The position numbers and the translations under genes were made by a program. A DNA stretch of 61,974 nucleotides, filler included, from Dirinaria sp. TL-2023a (taxonomy: Eukaryota): the NCBI GenBank assembly GCA_051941275.1. It is 16 parts of 16 records of this genome, joined end to end, with 100 filler letters (N's around TTAATTAATTAA, not from the genome) between each part and the next. Parts side by side here need not be neighbours in the genome. Positions count along the whole stretch, not along the records: positions 58,236 to 61,974 come from JAVEBF010001974.1; 15 more parts are not named here. One strand, written 5' to 3'. Shown one piece after another: positions 59,341 through 61,974 of the stretch. A model generated the notes under the pieces. The model ran no database searches and was not told the DNA's origin. It saw only the letters and a program-made list of their open reading frames with translations. Numbering within the stretch: position 1 is the first letter of the stretch; every line of letters begins with the position of its first letter.

Positions 59341-61974
59341 ATGCGAGGGGGCCGCAGCTCAAAAAAGGTTTGGGAAAGACAAGAGGGGGTATATGTTTCT
59401 TTGATATCACGCAAGGGGGGAATGCTGAAGAGTATTTATTGATGAAAAGACTTTTGGTGCTTCAGGTAGTCCATATCTGATACAACGTGCGCAAGCTGGC
59501 TGATATATTTTATCAAGGCTATATCAATTTTTTTTTGTTCTTTTTTAAATCGGCACAAGAGGGCACTTGAAAATGGGACCTTAAAACCTACCACAGCTCA
59601 TGACATTCGAGATAGTATTGTATGATATTGTTCGCCGGAGACTCGCAGCCCCTCTTCACTTCGATAGACAAGCCGCGGAGGATCCTCGGCATTGCATATA
59701 ATTTGTGTCCTTTGTAGATCAATCGTTGCTGGTTGCCCTTATCAATCGTAAGCGTGCAACTGCAAGCAAAGTTATTGCTTGTTGTGGTACAGATTTCTCT
59801 GTCATAAGGTAATCAACTGAAAGGACGCTCTTGCAGGAGCTTTCTTGCCTCTCTCTTGATGACGCAAATTCCCTCTCTTTTCGGCCTTGGTTCTTCAATG
59901 GCTACTTTAGCCTATGCACCGTCAGTCTGCAGAATCTCCGTATCTAAAATTGTAGAGTATGGCGCAGTTTGGGCAGCCTGAAAGCTAGTGTCGCTAGTCA
60001 TTGAGACTGCTCGGACTTAATTAGCTTCGAAGTTCATGCGATCATAATCACGGGTATCATTTGCTTCCTGAGAAGTGTTACCATGCTATGCAAGATGGAC
60101 GTTCTGGGGCCTATTATTGTGCGCAATAAAGTGCACTTCGTGACTCATGTAGGACGAAGTTCAGGTCTGCTGAACCACAGAGTCAGTCAAGTACAACACA
60201 TGTGACCGGCTCGCCACGGAGGACTTTTTGATTGCGGAAGGCTTGATGAAATATGTGTTTAGATAACATAAACCGTAGCATCGCGAACAGGAAATTCACA
60301 TGAGTGACTGGATATTTAGACCTGCGTCCAACACACGTGCCGCCTAACCTGCAAACTGGGATATCATGGGCATATGGTAGGGCTGGTTCTAACATGTCTG
60401 GTAAAGGTAACAGGGATCGTACTTTGACTTACTCAGCATACCTTACATTACCGTACCACCTAAGGTGTTTGCCTAAAAAACGATTACCGCACTGCAACCT
60501 CAAGCAGAGAGTTTGGAAGAATTTGCACCTGGACAAGATGCACTACAGGAATGAGATTTTATCACGTCTGTCGAATAGACGTTCGAGGGGAAAACGCAGT
60601 CACAAATGCTGTTAGCGCCGGTTAAAGTCATGAAAATGGGAGGGTACCTTACCTTCGGACGGTAGGAAAAACATAGGGCAAAGCTAACCGCTTTTGGGCT
60701 TAACACTGTGCTCTGTCGGGTTGTAAACATATCCCAGGTAGTTTTTCGAGGTAAAAAGCTAGTCTTAGCGCCTGCTGGAGTGATAAAGATGGAGGGTAAG
60801 GTAAGGCCAAGTACCTTACAGATACATGTAGGTAGCGACGTTACCATACAAGTCTGGCAAAGGCAACAGCGATCACACACTCACTTAGCAAACGGTACGT
60901 TACCGCATCACCTAAGGTGACTGGGAACGAATATAGCACTGCAATGTCAAGCAGAGCATTTGGGAGGATTCGCATTGGAACAGAGTCTGATACCGGGACA
61001 AGAATCTGTCTTCCTCCACTTCTTAGATCCAAATGGACGAGTCGATTGCTTATTATATCAATATATATCTCGGGGTCATGCTGCTACAATCATCAGATAG
61101 TGCATATTTCTTGAACACCAAGGAAGGGCGGGATGAGGCAATATGCGAAAGGCTTGAAGCATCAGACGCTTGATGAAGCTGAATACATATAGGGTTTGTC
61201 ATTAGCCTCGTGCGCTACTGTTCTTAACGATAGGCATTGAGCAGCGAGTGCGATTACGTTTCCATAACCAAGGCTCAATTATTGAGATATGCGTCGTAAG
61301 CAACAAAAGTCTTACGCGTTTGTGGTGAGTGTGTTGAAGTTGCGGAGGTATCGATTGGTAGCGATAGATAGAATACTTTCTGGCGCAGTCTGCTGGACGT
61401 AGTATGATTTTGCTCCGGAAAGGGCCATTTTCGTATGTACTTCAACAGGGAAAAAATTGGTTGGAGTTCTGAAAGGCCTTAACTCAGGAACCATACACTA
61501 GACTTTGGACTAGAGCAGAAGAAATGATGCTTCAAGTATTTATCGTGCTAGTTGGCAAGGCCTTCTGAAAAAATACGTCCGGGTGTTGGACTTTTGCAGC
61601 CGCAAAAATGATCTTCAAAGAAACCTGCTCAATGCGAGTGAAGGGAATTTGAAATTTACGAACCTTAGGAAGGTGTCTCATTGCAGAAACAAGGAGCTTG
61701 CACAATGGATTGATTAGCAACAAGCCGTGAAGCCTGCCAAGAGGATTAGGAGATCACCTGCTTATCAAGGATGTCCAGTAAGTCCCCACCGCCGCCCCCC
61801 AAAACCTCTTCTACCGCGCCTCTTCCCAGAACAAAATGCTGTCATCGCAGCCGCATCCATAGGAAGGGTGTTCAGGATCATAATCCATGTGATGAAGGTG
61901 TTACGAGCTCGGTTTTAGAACCTGAAGCGGTGGTGTAATCCACAATTGAAAGCATGAGCTGGACAGTAAGTGGG

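Noticed and set aside
59585..59912. Minus-strand exon-like stretch containing QQRLIYKGHKL (ubiquitin-like motif)
   Set aside because: The match is short, the frame has an internal TGA, and the rest of a ubiquitin fold and a start exon are not evident.

Overview
This window is not one locus. It is 16 unlinked fungal contigs of steadily decreasing length (3844 to 3739 bp), joined by an artificial 100-bp spacer (44 N + TTAATTAATTAA + 44 N), so gene neighbourhood means something only inside a contig. Short GT-AG introns with CTRAC branch points and the gene content indicate a filamentous ascomycete (Pezizomycotina). A lichen-forming Lecanoromycete is my inference from two secreted proteins and is not proven. 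Recognisable genes are an MCH-type MFS transporter, a PIR-repeat GPI wall protein, a Zn alcohol dehydrogenase, an HSL-family hydrolase, two methyltransferases, an Ats1-like RCC1 protein, a TPP enzyme, a Set3-like PHD-SET protein, a peroxisomal copper amine oxidase, a Cps1-like GT2 synthase and an Ahc1-like protein. There are also several unassigned genes and two disrupted genes. The most unusual contig (7861-11667) holds a Ty3/gypsy element with a self-priming LTR/PBS, inserted into a Tad-like LINE. Both elements are hypermutated with a non-canonical RIP-like signature: CpC/GpG is almost erased, while CpA and CpG are retained. Other leads are an EF-hand/C2-like/WW-like multidomain protein, a secreted gene missed by the ORF track, an intron that may split a start codon, a GA splice donor at a conserved intron position, a lone in-frame TAG at an aromatic position, and a recurrent TACCT/AGGTA intergenic motif. 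All calls come from reading and translating by eye; no searches were run.
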